This document shows positions 38,626-47,039 of a stretch of DNA of 64,000 nucleotides, in pieces. A program made the position numbers and the translations under genes. Below the pieces are notes generated by a model. The model made no database searches. It saw nothing but the letters and a program-made list of their open reading frames with translations, and was not told where the DNA came from. The stretch comes from a bacterium (GTDB lineage: Bacteria > Zixibacteria > MSB-5A5 > GN15 > FEB-12), in contig JADJGQ010000002.1 of assembly GCA_016708025.1 (NCBI GenBank), forward strand, positions 838,232-902,231. Direction: 5' to 3'. Numbering within the stretch: position 1 is the first letter of the stretch; every line of letters begins with the position of its first letter.

Positions 38626-41600
38626 ATGAAGCGCATGTCACTTATGATTGCGTTCTTGTGTGCGTTGCTGGTTGGCTTTACGGCTGATCAGGCTCTGGCT
38701 CAGAGCGGCATCGTCCAGCTGGACCATGTCGACGGTCTGGTCAGTGGAACGACCGTGGCGAACAATACGCCAATTCGCTTTGTATTGCGACTGAACAACG
38801 ACTCAGGGCAGAAAGCCGACATCTCTATGGGATGGCGCCTGTCTTCACCCGATGGAGCCGTGTGGGACAGTACCACGCTTGATTCAACCGGCCTGATCAA
38901 TGTTGACGGCGAGCATACCCTGCTCCGTCGCTTCAATATCGTTATGGCCTTCACGCGGTTCAGTACTGATGGTCAGTCTCCCGACACTGTCGGTATTCTG
39001 GCCGCAGGTACGCCGACCTCAGCCACCCGCCAGATGCCGGTTGGCTACAATGACACCGCACTCGCGGTGATGGCGTGGGTCTCCAATGACGCAAACGCCG
39101 GCAAGCATATCTGTATCGACTCTTCCTGGTGGGAACCGGGTGGTGTCTGGAAATGGGTATACAACACGGGCGTCGGTGTGGAAGATCTCTTCCCGCAGTG
39201 GCGCGGGATCAACGGCGAAGCACCCGTCCCCGGTCAGGGATTCTGCTTCCAGTTTGAAGGCGGCGCTGCGCCGATCGTGCTCGAAGCTGCCCCGGCGGCT
39301 TTGACATTTAATGCAACCGAAGGGGGCGCCAATCCGGCGGCCCAGCCGTTTAATATCACCGAGCAGACCGGTCAGGTAGTGGCCGTCTCTCTCTCCGGTT
39401 ATGCCGGATGGATCATCCCGAATCCGGCAAGTGGCACCACTCCGCAGGCCGTTTCGGTCGGCGTGAATATTGCCGGTCTGGCTCCGGGAACCTATGTTGA
39501 TACGATCAATGTGGCCGGTGAAGGCTCCACCAACTCCCCGTTCGTAGTTGTGACGCTCAATGTCGCGGCTCGTCCGAAGGTGCTTGCGGTCACACCGGAT
39601 ACTCTGTTCTTCACCGTTCAGGAACAGGGCTCATTGCCTGTTTTCCAGAACTTTGCCATTTCTGAGACTGGTGGCGCAGTGATTCCTTTCACCGCCTCCG
39701 AGATCTCCGATTTCTTTGGTCTGACCAACCCGTCCGGGAATACTCCCGCCAATGTACGGGTTGATATCACGACCTCAAATCTGGCTCCTGGCGATTATTT
39801 CGGCACAGTGACCTTCACTTCAGCCGGAGCGACAAACTCTCCGATTCTTAAGACCGTCAAATTGACGGTGACCACCGCTCCCAAGACGCTGTCAGTGAAT
39901 CCGACAGTCCTCAATTTCTCAGCGATCGAGGGTGGCTCCAATCCGGCTCCGCAGTCTGTTGCGGTAACGGAACTCGGTTCTTTCCCCATCACCTTCACGG
40001 CGACTGAAAATGCCAGTTGGATCTCAACTGCCAATGCCGTTCTGACCACCCCCGGTGGATTTGATGTCAATATCGACATCACCGGCGTGGGCGAAGGCGC
40101 TTATACCGACACGATCTTGATCGAAGCTGCTGGTGTGACCAACAGCCCGATCAAAGTTGCGATCAACCTGACCGTGACCGGTGCCCAGTCAGTTCTTCTG
40201 GATACTCATCCGGATACGCTGTACTTCTTCTCGACTGAAAACGGCGCCGCTCCGGATCCGGAGATCATGGTGATCCGTGAAGTCGGCGGCACCGCGATAT
40301 CATATATCGCCTCCACCGAATCCCCGTGGATCTTCCTCTCTAAGAATGCGGGAACGACCCCGGACAGCCTTATCGTGCTGGCCGATATCGTTGATATGCC
40401 GGCAGGCGTTTATCTCGACTCCATTATGGTCGAGGCGACTGCTGCGGAAAACTCTCCGCAGTACGTGTACGTGAAACTGGAACTTGCTCCATTCCTCTGC
40501 CCGACCCTGGTAATTTCTGATACGTTCTATCAGGTCGCTGGTGGCGTGGACGAGATGGTGATGTTCTCCGACACGATCTCGCTGACCAGCACTGGACAGG
40601 ATATGGTCTGGATGATCAGCAATCCGTCGAGCGCGTTTACTATCGTACCGATGCTTGGCGCGACTCCCGATCAGTTTGTCTTTAGTTACATGGCAACCAA
40701 GAGCGAGCCGGGGACCTATACCGACTGCTTTACGCTTATCAGCGGCATTTCAGTACCCGAGGGTGAAACTCAGGGTCACCTGATCTGCTCAACTGCAGTA
40801 AGCGTCTGTGTGCAGTTGACCGTTGCCGGCACCCAGTGTGCCGACTTGTTGATGACTGATTCAGTCGTCAGCTTCACGGCGATGGTTGGTGAAGCGCCGA
40901 CCCCGGCGTTCCGCACGATGACGATCTATGCCAGCGATTCAAGCGCTGTCCAGGTGATGGTCTCCCGTCCGATGGACGCCAACTGGATCGACTTCGAGAA
41001 CGAATTCGGCGACACGGTGACTACCGTTGCCGGAATGACACCGTTGACGGTGAAGATCCTGGCGAATTCGACCGGCTTGTCTGCCGACAACTATTTTGCG
41101 GTCGGCGTCATTACTACGTCGGACGAACATATTTGTGAGCCGCGAGCCAAGACGTTTGTGTTCCATCTCAATGTTGAGGAAAACAATGTCTCCCTCACCG
41201 ATTCGATTTTGGTAGGAACCGCGGCCGGTACTCCGGGTGGCAAGGCAGTGGTGCCGGTCAACCTGGTTACCGAGTGCAACACGATCTCCGGATCAGTTCC
41301 GCTTCGCTATAACGGTCTCTATCTTTCAATCGACTCCATCTCGATTGTTGGATCGCGCTTCCCCGAAGGCGTAGTCTTTATGGAGACCTACGACCTGGAT
41401 GGTTCCGGCGTGACGATGTCGTTTACCGCTCCTGATATGGACCATGCGGTCCCCGCAGGTTCCGGTCTCTGGGCGACGATCTTCTTCTCGATAAGCGACG
41501 AGACTCCGCTCGGCTCAACCCTGGCGGTTGAAGTCGGCGAACTTGGTCCGTCACTCCTCCGCAATTGCGGCGAATTGATAGAGAACGTTATCCCCTGGCT

Positions 41601-41628
41601 TCGCCGAGGGATACCTGGTCATCGATGA
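38626..41628 (+). CDS. Large secreted Ig-like-repeat protein (probable N-terminal part of a frameshifted T9SS cargo)
   Basis: The start is trimmed to ATG 38626 (AGGAGA 6 nt upstream), giving signal peptide MKRMSLMIAFLCALLVGFTADQALA/Q. At least four clear ~100-aa repeats end in ..TNSP(x)..V.L.V. The last ~130 aa look cohesin-like. No sorting domain is present in this frame. Confidence 0.8.
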   Translation: MKRMSLMIAFLCALLVGFTADQALAQSGIVQLDHVDGLVSGTTVANNTPIRFVLRLNNDSGQKADISMGWRLSSPDGAVWDSTTLDSTGLINVDGEHTLLRRFNIVMAFTRFSTDGQSPDTVGILAAGTPTSATRQMPVGYNDTALAVMAWVSNDANAGKHICIDSSWWEPGGVWKWVYNTGVGVEDLFPQWRGINGEAPVPGQGFCFQFEGGAAPIVLEAAPAALTFNATEGGANPAAQPFNITEQTGQVVAVSLSGYAGWIIPNPASGTTPQAVSVGVNIAGLAPGTYVDTINVAGEGSTNSPFVVVTLNVAARPKVLAVTPDTLFFTVQEQGSLPVFQNFAISETGGAVIPFTASEISDFFGLTNPSGNTPANVRVDITTSNLAPGDYFGTVTFTSAGATNSPILKTVKLTVTTAPKTLSVNPTVLNFSAIEGGSNPAPQSVAVTELGSFPITFTATENASWISTANAVLTTPGGFDVNIDITGVGEGAYTDTILIEAAGVTNSPIKVAINLTVTGAQSVLLDTHPDTLYFFSTENGAAPDPEIMVIREVGGTAISYIASTESPWIFLSKNAGTTPDSLIVLADIVDMPAGVYLDSIMVEATAAENSPQYVYVKLELAPFLCPTLVISDTFYQVAGGVDEMVMFSDTISLTSTGQDMVWMISNPSSAFTIVPMLGATPDQFVFSYMATKSEPGTYTDCFTLISGISVPEGETQGHLICSTAVSVCVQLTVAGTQCADLLMTDSVVSFTAMVGEAPTPAFRTMTIYASDSSAVQVMVSRPMDANWIDFENEFGDTVTTVAGMTPLTVKILANSTGLSADNYFAVGVITTSDEHICEPRAKTFVFHLNVEENNVSLTDSILVGTAAGTPGGKAVVPVNLVTECNTISGSVPLRYNGLYLSIDSISIVGSRFPEGVVFMETYDLDGSGVTMSFTAPDMDHAVPAGSGLWATIFFSISDETPLGSTLAVEVGELGPSLLRNCGELIENVIPWLRRGIPGHR

Positions 41629-41632
41629 GATC

Positions 41633-43405
41633 ATGACCGACACTATTTGCGGCTACGTGACCGACGAAGAAGGCATGTCGATCGCCGGCGCGACGGTTGA
41701 ACTCTGGGCGAACTGGCCATACGGCAGCCCAGTGGCGACCACAACCACCAACGAAAACGGTGCGTTCTTCTTCGGTGGTGAGCATCCGACTCCGTACGAT
41801 CTTTATGCGTACGCGTCCGGATACTATCCGAACTGGAAGCTCGAAAACTACGGCACGCAGTGCGGTACGATCGAACTGCGCCAGCTGCAGGAGCTGATCC
41901 CGGTTGATCGCTGGGTTGACTACTACTGCGGTTTTGCCACGCTCGATGATTCGATCGCTCTGCCGATCGGAACGGTCGTCGAAGTGAAAGATGCCGATGG
42001 TACCCTGGCTGGTCGCCAGATCGTCACCGAACCGGGTGTCATTCGGTTCATGCCGGTCTATCGTGACTCTGCCGGTTCTGATATTGATGAAGGCGCCGAG
42101 ACCGGCGACATGCTCTGGTTCTACGTGAACGGTATGATCGCTGAAACCTCGCCCTCCGAAGTGATATATCCTGCCGACTACGCGCAGGTTGAAGTCTGTG
42201 TCAATGGTTCGCTCCGTGGCGGCAAGGTTTGCCAGTTGATGGAAGGCTGGAACCTGGTTTCCTGGAATGTCGATACGCCGACTGATTCGATTGAAGCAGT
42301 TCTCGGCGAGATCATGGAATGTGTGGAAGTCGTGCTCGGATTCGAGGGTGGCGGACTCACCTATGATCCGGAACTCGAGCAGTTCTCGACTCTCTGGCAG
42401 ACCGACCATATGAGCGGCTACTGGATCAAGGTCAAGACCGGTTGCTCACCTGAATTGAGACTGGCTGGTTCCGTGGTCCCGGCGAATACGCCGATCCCGG
42501 TCTACCGCGGCTGGAACCTCGTGAGCTATCTGCCCGAAATGACCATGATCCCCGAAGATGCATTGGTCAGCGTGAATGACCACCTGTTGATCGCTTATGG
42601 ATACGATAACGGTATCCAGGTCCATCAGCCGGGCATGGGCGACTTCAATACTCTCGAAGAGATGATGACTTGCCACGGCTACTGGATGAAGCTCTCGACA
42701 GACGATGTCCTGATCTATCCGGGTGGCGAGACACCGGTCCTGACGACCGCCATTGAGTCTCCGTATGCAGCGGCGGCCCGCGTCTCCGCGGCGACCGACG
42801 TCAATACCACGATCGCCTGGGTGAACCTCTACTCGCGTGATCTGACAGTTGATGGTCGGACAGTGAAGGCTGGTTCTTCGATCGAAGCGTACAGCCTGTC
42901 CGGAACAAAGATCGGTTCATTCAGAATGCAGCGCGACGGACAGTTCGGCTTTATGCCGGTCTACTCCGATGCCGGCCTGAATGAGAATATTACCGGTCTG
43001 AAGCCGGGTGAGAAGTTCACGCTCCGCGTGAATGGCGAAGATGTCAACGAGACCATCGTCTGGACCACCACTGGTGACCGGATCGAACTGGGTCGTTTGA
43101 CCACGGCGACGGGCGGTACTCTGCCGGGCAGCTTCTCGCTGGCGCAGAACTATCCGAACCCGTTCAACCCGACGACGACTATCTCCTTCAGCCTCCCGTC
43201 CAAGGGTACGGCGAAGATTGAGATCTATAACGTTCTTGGTAAGCTGGTGGCTGTGCCGTTTAACGGCTCGGTCGAAGCTGGTGAGCATCAGGTGGTCTGG
43301 AATGGTAAGAACGAAACTGGCGAAGCGGTTGCTTCGGGAGTGTACTTCTACCGACTGACTGCCGATAACTATACCGATACCAAGAAGATGATGCTGCTGA
43401 AGTAA
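41633..43405 (+). CDS. T9SS C-terminal-domain protein (probable C-terminal part of the upstream gene)
   Basis: 590-aa ORF without a signal peptide. It has a CarboxypepD_reg-like start (CGYVTDEEGMSIAGATVELW), two FGFMPVY modules, and the T9SS type-A CTD NYPNPFNPTTTISFSLP...GVYFYRLTA...KKMMLLK. The frame stays open upstream to 41582. Confidence 0.8.
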   Translation: MTDTICGYVTDEEGMSIAGATVELWANWPYGSPVATTTTNENGAFFFGGEHPTPYDLYAYASGYYPNWKLENYGTQCGTIELRQLQELIPVDRWVDYYCGFATLDDSIALPIGTVVEVKDADGTLAGRQIVTEPGVIRFMPVYRDSAGSDIDEGAETGDMLWFYVNGMIAETSPSEVIYPADYAQVEVCVNGSLRGGKVCQLMEGWNLVSWNVDTPTDSIEAVLGEIMECVEVVLGFEGGGLTYDPELEQFSTLWQTDHMSGYWIKVKTGCSPELRLAGSVVPANTPIPVYRGWNLVSYLPEMTMIPEDALVSVNDHLLIAYGYDNGIQVHQPGMGDFNTLEEMMTCHGYWMKLSTDDVLIYPGGETPVLTTAIESPYAAAARVSAATDVNTTIAWVNLYSRDLTVDGRTVKAGSSIEAYSLSGTKIGSFRMQRDGQFGFMPVYSDAGLNENITGLKPGEKFTLRVNGEDVNETIVWTTTGDRIELGRLTTATGGTLPGSFSLAQNYPNPFNPTTTISFSLPSKGTAKIEIYNVLGKLVAVPFNGSVEAGEHQVVWNGKNETGEAVASGVYFYRLTADNYTDTKKMMLLK

Positions 43406-43422
43406 GCATCGTTGCAAGACGT

Positions 43423-43450
43423 TCCGGCCGGCTGGCTTAAGCCGGCCGGA
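43423..43450 (+). other. GC-rich perfect hairpin between two T9SS cargo genes
   Basis: TCCGGCCGGC-tggcttaa-GCCGGCCGGA, a 10-bp perfect stem with no downstream T-tract. Confidence 0.6.
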
Positions 43451-43470
43451 CACTAACTGGCGGTGAAGAA

Positions 43471-44505
43471 GTGAAAAGACGTATTACGTTACATCTGACT
43501 GTCATACTGGCGATGACGATGCTGGCAACCCTGGCCTCGGCACAGCCGTATCCTGGACCGTTTTTTGTCAATTTCTACAGCTCGGCGAGTCTGTACAACG
43601 GTGTACCAGTCCCAGTCGGATCGATCATCCGGGCCTATGATCCTGACGGAGTACTCTCCGGTATGGACACGGTGGGGATCGGACCATCCAACGCGGCCGG
43701 ATTCTTTGGCTTTATGAACGTGTATGGTGACCAGCCCAGCACGGCGGGCCTTGATGAAGGACCGATCAACGGCGACAGCCTCAGTTTCACGATCAATGGT
43801 CGTCCGGCGACCGTTGTTTCCGGCGATCCCACGTATACTGAATCAGCTCAAAAGGAACTGGTCCTTTCCGCGACTGCGGCAAGCGTGGCGATGACTGTGA
43901 TCGAGATCCCGGGCGACGACGCGGCGACGTTTAATCGGACAATCCGCTTCACGGTGAAAGTTCGCAATGACGGCACGGGCGAGGATTTCTATCATATCTC
44001 GACCAGCCACAGCGATACGAGTTTCCACTCGATCGTGCTTGATTCGTTCGTGTACGCTCAGCCGGGTGATACGGTCTCGGTGGAATTTGAAGTTCGTACG
44101 CCGATCTTCGCCTCCTCCCTCGACACGGTTGACGTGATCTCCTACACCGTTAATTCCGGGATCGACCCGTCGCAGACCTACTCCGATGACGTGAATTTGT
44201 ATCTGTCGATCACCGATGTACCGGATGGCGGCAATCTGCCGCGCGGTTTTGCGCTGAACCAGAACTATCCGAACCCGTTCAACCCGACAACGACGATCTC
44301 GTTCACGTTGCCGCGGTCGAGCGAAGTTCGCCTTGAGGTCTTTGATATTCTCGGGCGCTCGGTTGAGAGCCGCGATCTGGGGTATCGATCGGTTGGTGAT
44401 CATGCAGTTGAGTACGATGCTTCAGCGTTAAGCAGCGGCGTCTATTTCTACCGTCTGGTGACCGACTATGCCCAGCAATCCAGAAAGATGTTGCTGGTCA
44501 AATAG
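43471..44505 (+). CDS. Secreted T9SS C-terminal-domain protein with one FGFM-type module
   Basis: 344-aa ORF with a GTG start and signal peptide ...MLATLASA/QP. The CTD reads NYPNPFNPTTTISFTLP...GVYFYRLVT...RKMLLVK. Confidence 0.85.
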   Translation: MKRRITLHLTVILAMTMLATLASAQPYPGPFFVNFYSSASLYNGVPVPVGSIIRAYDPDGVLSGMDTVGIGPSNAAGFFGFMNVYGDQPSTAGLDEGPINGDSLSFTINGRPATVVSGDPTYTESAQKELVLSATAASVAMTVIEIPGDDAATFNRTIRFTVKVRNDGTGEDFYHISTSHSDTSFHSIVLDSFVYAQPGDTVSVEFEVRTPIFASSLDTVDVISYTVNSGIDPSQTYSDDVNLYLSITDVPDGGNLPRGFALNQNYPNPFNPTTTISFTLPRSSEVRLEVFDILGRSVESRDLGYRSVGDHAVEYDASALSSGVYFYRLVTDYAQQSRKMLLVK

Positions 44506-44526
44506 GGAACAGCCCAAGTAGAGAAG

Positions 44527-44558
44527 AGCCCCGAGAGCGATCTTGGGGCTTTTTCTTT
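44527..44558 (+). terminator. Rho-independent terminator
   Basis: AGCCCCGAGA-gcga-TCTTGGGGCT 10-bp stem (one G.U pair) followed by TTTTCTTT. Confidence 0.8.
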
Positions 44559-44621
44559 GTCTGCAGACCCCGGAAAACCGGCTAAGAAAAACTATTGCCC
44601 GCATCTGAAAAGGCCGATATT

Positions 44622-45647
44622 ATGGAGACTGCCGATAACCTGCAGTATCAAGGGAAAATTGTGCCATTACGATTGAAAGTAGCCGGCAAAACCGACAAGG
44701 GTCTGGTCAGGCCGGGGAACGAAGATCATCTCCATCTCGATCTGAAAAACAACGTCTTTGCCATTTGTGATGGTATGGGCGGTGCTCAGGCGGGCGAGGT
44801 TGCCTCTTATCTCGCCGGTGAGGTGCTGCATCGTTCGTTCAACCAATTTTCCAATCAGTTATTGGATGATCCTGCGCTCAATTTTGACGCCCCGGTCCCG
44901 GCGACCGGCGGTCTGTTGCTCAGAGCGATCAGGTTGGCCAACAGAGCCATCTTCCGCAAATCTGCCGCTGATTCCGCGCTGTCGGGGATGGGGACGACGA
45001 TCGTTGCCCTGGCCTTCGAGGCGGACCATATTACTATCGCCCACGTTGGCGACAGCCGGGCCTACCGCCTCGAGCAGAAGGCGCTGATTCCGCTGACCAT
45101 CGACCATAGCTGGCTGAACGAAATTCAGCGTTCGCAGCAGATCACGATCGAGGAAGCCAGCAATATCGTCGGCAAGAATATCATCACCCGTGCCCTGGGG
45201 GTTCGGGAATGGGTGGATGTAGATTATCGCGCGCTCAAGGTCCAGGCGGGGGAGATATTCATCCTCTGTTCCGACGGCCTCTGCGGCTATTCCGATGATG
45301 ACGAGATCCAAAAAGTGGCGGTCAAGTATCGCGAAAACGTTGACGATATTGTAGATAACCTGGTTCGATTGGCGCTGGATCGCGGCGCGCCAGATAACGT
45401 CACCGTTGTGGCTGTTCAGGTTGTAGAGACCACCTCCACCGGCTTGCCGACCAGTGAAACAGCAACTCTGGCTCATGAATCGGATAGTACGCTGGGGGCG
45501 GAAGACCGATGGCTGGAGAAGTTTGAAGCCACTCCGCAGCCGGCTGTAGAGTCAACTCATAAGCCCAACAAGGCATTCCTGATCGGAATGTTCGCCCTCT
45601 TTGCCGTTATCTCCGTGCTGATCATCGTCTTCGGACAAGGGAAATGA
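44622..45647 (+). CDS. PPM/PP2C-family Ser/Thr phosphatase with a C-terminal TM anchor
   Basis: Motifs RPGNEDH, ICDGMGG, HVGDSRAY, LCSDGL and GAPDNVTVV, plus the C-terminal TM AFLIGMFALFAVISVLIIVFG. The start is ATG 44622 (the track gives TTG 44595). Confidence 0.88.
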   Translation: METADNLQYQGKIVPLRLKVAGKTDKGLVRPGNEDHLHLDLKNNVFAICDGMGGAQAGEVASYLAGEVLHRSFNQFSNQLLDDPALNFDAPVPATGGLLLRAIRLANRAIFRKSAADSALSGMGTTIVALAFEADHITIAHVGDSRAYRLEQKALIPLTIDHSWLNEIQRSQQITIEEASNIVGKNIITRALGVREWVDVDYRALKVQAGEIFILCSDGLCGYSDDDEIQKVAVKYRENVDDIVDNLVRLALDRGAPDNVTVVAVQVVETTSTGLPTSETATLAHESDSTLGAEDRWLEKFEATPQPAVESTHKPNKAFLIGMFALFAVISVLIIVFGQGK

Positions 45648-45660
45648 CCCCGAAAATCGG

Positions 45661-45690
45661 TTGACAACCCTACCTCTTGTTTGCTAAGTT
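45661..45690 (+). promoter_or_regulatory. Sigma-70-like promoter for tRNA-Arg
   Basis: TTGACA (45661-45666), 18-nt spacer, TAAGTT (45685-45690), ~24 nt before the tRNA 5' end. Confidence 0.45.
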
Positions 45691-45713
45691 GGTCCTTCCA
45701 ACGACACAAACAT

Positions 45714-45787
45714 GCGCCCGTAGCTCAACTGGATAGAGCGTCTGGCTACGGACCAGAAGGTTTCGGGTTCAAATCCTGACGGGCGTA
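45714..45787 (+). tRNA. tRNA-Arg (anticodon ACG)
   Basis: 74-nt cloverleaf folded by hand: acceptor GCGCCCG/CGGGCGT (G1.U72), D-arm GCTC-AACTGGATA-GAGC, anticodon arm TCTGG-CTACGGA-CCAGA, T-arm TCGGG-TTCAAAT-CCTGA, discriminator A. No CCA is encoded. Confidence 0.92.
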
Positions 45788-45817
45788 CTTTTTTCTTCCA
45801 CCTGGGAGGGTGTCGTC

Positions 45818-46552
45818 ATGGAACACCAAGCGTTTTCTCCAAAACAACGGCTCCTTGATCTCAAACCACTAGGTACGTTAACTAACGTGGTGATTCTTGC
45901 CCTCATCGTTTGTGCGGTCCTCTCCGTCCTGCAGGGCCTCAACATTGTCTCCGAAATTGAATTGCTCAGTCGGATCAAGGCAGGGGACGAGGTCCTTGAG
46001 GCAGAGGCTGTCACGATTGAAGAGAGAATTGATCAACTGGTCTGGCTTCAGCTTGGGGCTTTCCTTTTCAGCGGAATACTTTTCATAACATGGTTCCATC
46101 GCGCTTATGCAAACGTCGCTCAGTGGTCTCCCGACGGCACAGCATACGCTACGAAATGGGCGGTGATTGGATGGCTCATTCCGATCCTCCACGTCGTACG
46201 CCCATATCAGATCGCTAAGGAGATCTGGACCAAATGCTGTGTCCGTCAATCTCCTAACGTATTCGCGGTGGCTGCACCGTCAGGTACCAGTCTCATTGGT
46301 TATTGGTGGGGGGCGGCCTTGCTCATGGGGGCATTGGACAGGATTGGATTCCAGTGGTCGCAACATGCTGAGACAATCGAACAGGCCTTAGTGGCCGGCT
46401 ACATCATAGTCGCATCCGAAAGCATGACCGTCATCGCCGCATTCATTGCCATGTCCTTTGTGCGCGAACTCTCGGCCAGACATGAACGGGCGATCCGCTC
46501 CTATCAGTCGCCGATCGCGATCGATGGACTCATGCAAACACGGATGTCATAA
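45818..46552 (+). CDS. Polytopic membrane protein, DUF4328-like
   Basis: 244-aa ORF with GGGAGGG upstream and four TM segments. The motif WAVIGWLIPILHVVRPYQIAKEIW resembles the DUF4328 signature; this family call is from memory and is tentative. Confidence 0.6.
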   Translation: MEHQAFSPKQRLLDLKPLGTLTNVVILALIVCAVLSVLQGLNIVSEIELLSRIKAGDEVLEAEAVTIEERIDQLVWLQLGAFLFSGILFITWFHRAYANVAQWSPDGTAYATKWAVIGWLIPILHVVRPYQIAKEIWTKCCVRQSPNVFAVAAPSGTSLIGYWWGAALLMGALDRIGFQWSQHAETIEQALVAGYIIVASESMTVIAAFIAMSFVRELSARHERAIRSYQSPIAIDGLMQTRMS

Positions 46553-46580
46553 CTCTGACTTCTGAGCAAAAGGATGCACC

Positions 46581-46961
46581 ATGACCGCTAATGGCCTCTT
46601 CCGGAAAGTAGATACCGTCATGCTCCGCGTCGCTGATCTGGAAAAGTCGCGCGCCTGGTATCGTGAAAAACTGGGTGTGAAAGAGCTGTTCGGCGAAAAG
46701 AAAGAGAACCTGGTGGTCATCTCATTTGGCGGAGATACCTCCATAACGCTCTGGCAACTCAAAGAGGGTCAATCGTTGACTCCGGGGGCCAAAACCGGTT
46801 GCTTCCCTATCCTGATGTCCGATGATGTTCGCAGGGCACACCGAACCCTGTCCGAACGCGGCGTGCAGACCGAACCGGTGCAGTCCGGCGGATCAGTTCA
46901 GTGGTTCGCGTTTTACGATCTGGATGGGAATCGGATCGAGGTGTGCGAAGTGTTCGCCTAG
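46581..46961 (+). CDS. VOC/glyoxalase-family protein
   Basis: 126-aa ORF with a betaalphabetabetabeta module pattern (VDTVMLRVADLEKSRAWY...FYDLDGNRIEV). Confidence 0.8.
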   Translation: MTANGLFRKVDTVMLRVADLEKSRAWYREKLGVKELFGEKKENLVVISFGGDTSITLWQLKEGQSLTPGAKTGCFPILMSDDVRRAHRTLSERGVQTEPVQSGGSVQWFAFYDLDGNRIEVCEVFA

Positions 46962-46985
46962 TCCACAAGAAATTTTCGATTCAAT

Positions 46986-47017
46986 AAAAAAGCCCGGCAA
47001 TCAGCCGGGCTTTTTTT
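46986..47017. terminator. Bidirectional rho-independent terminator between convergent genes
   Basis: AAAAAA-GCCCGGC-aatca-GCCGGGC-TTTTTTT; the 7-bp GC stem is flanked by an A-run and a T-run. Confidence 0.85.
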
Positions 47018-47039
47018 GTCAGATTGACTCTGAATCAGA

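Noticed and set aside
45714-46961. Whether a genomic island is integrated at the tRNA-Arg.
   Set aside because: There is no integrase or recombinase and no repeat of the tRNA 3' end. The downstream genes (DUF4328-like, VOC) look native in composition.
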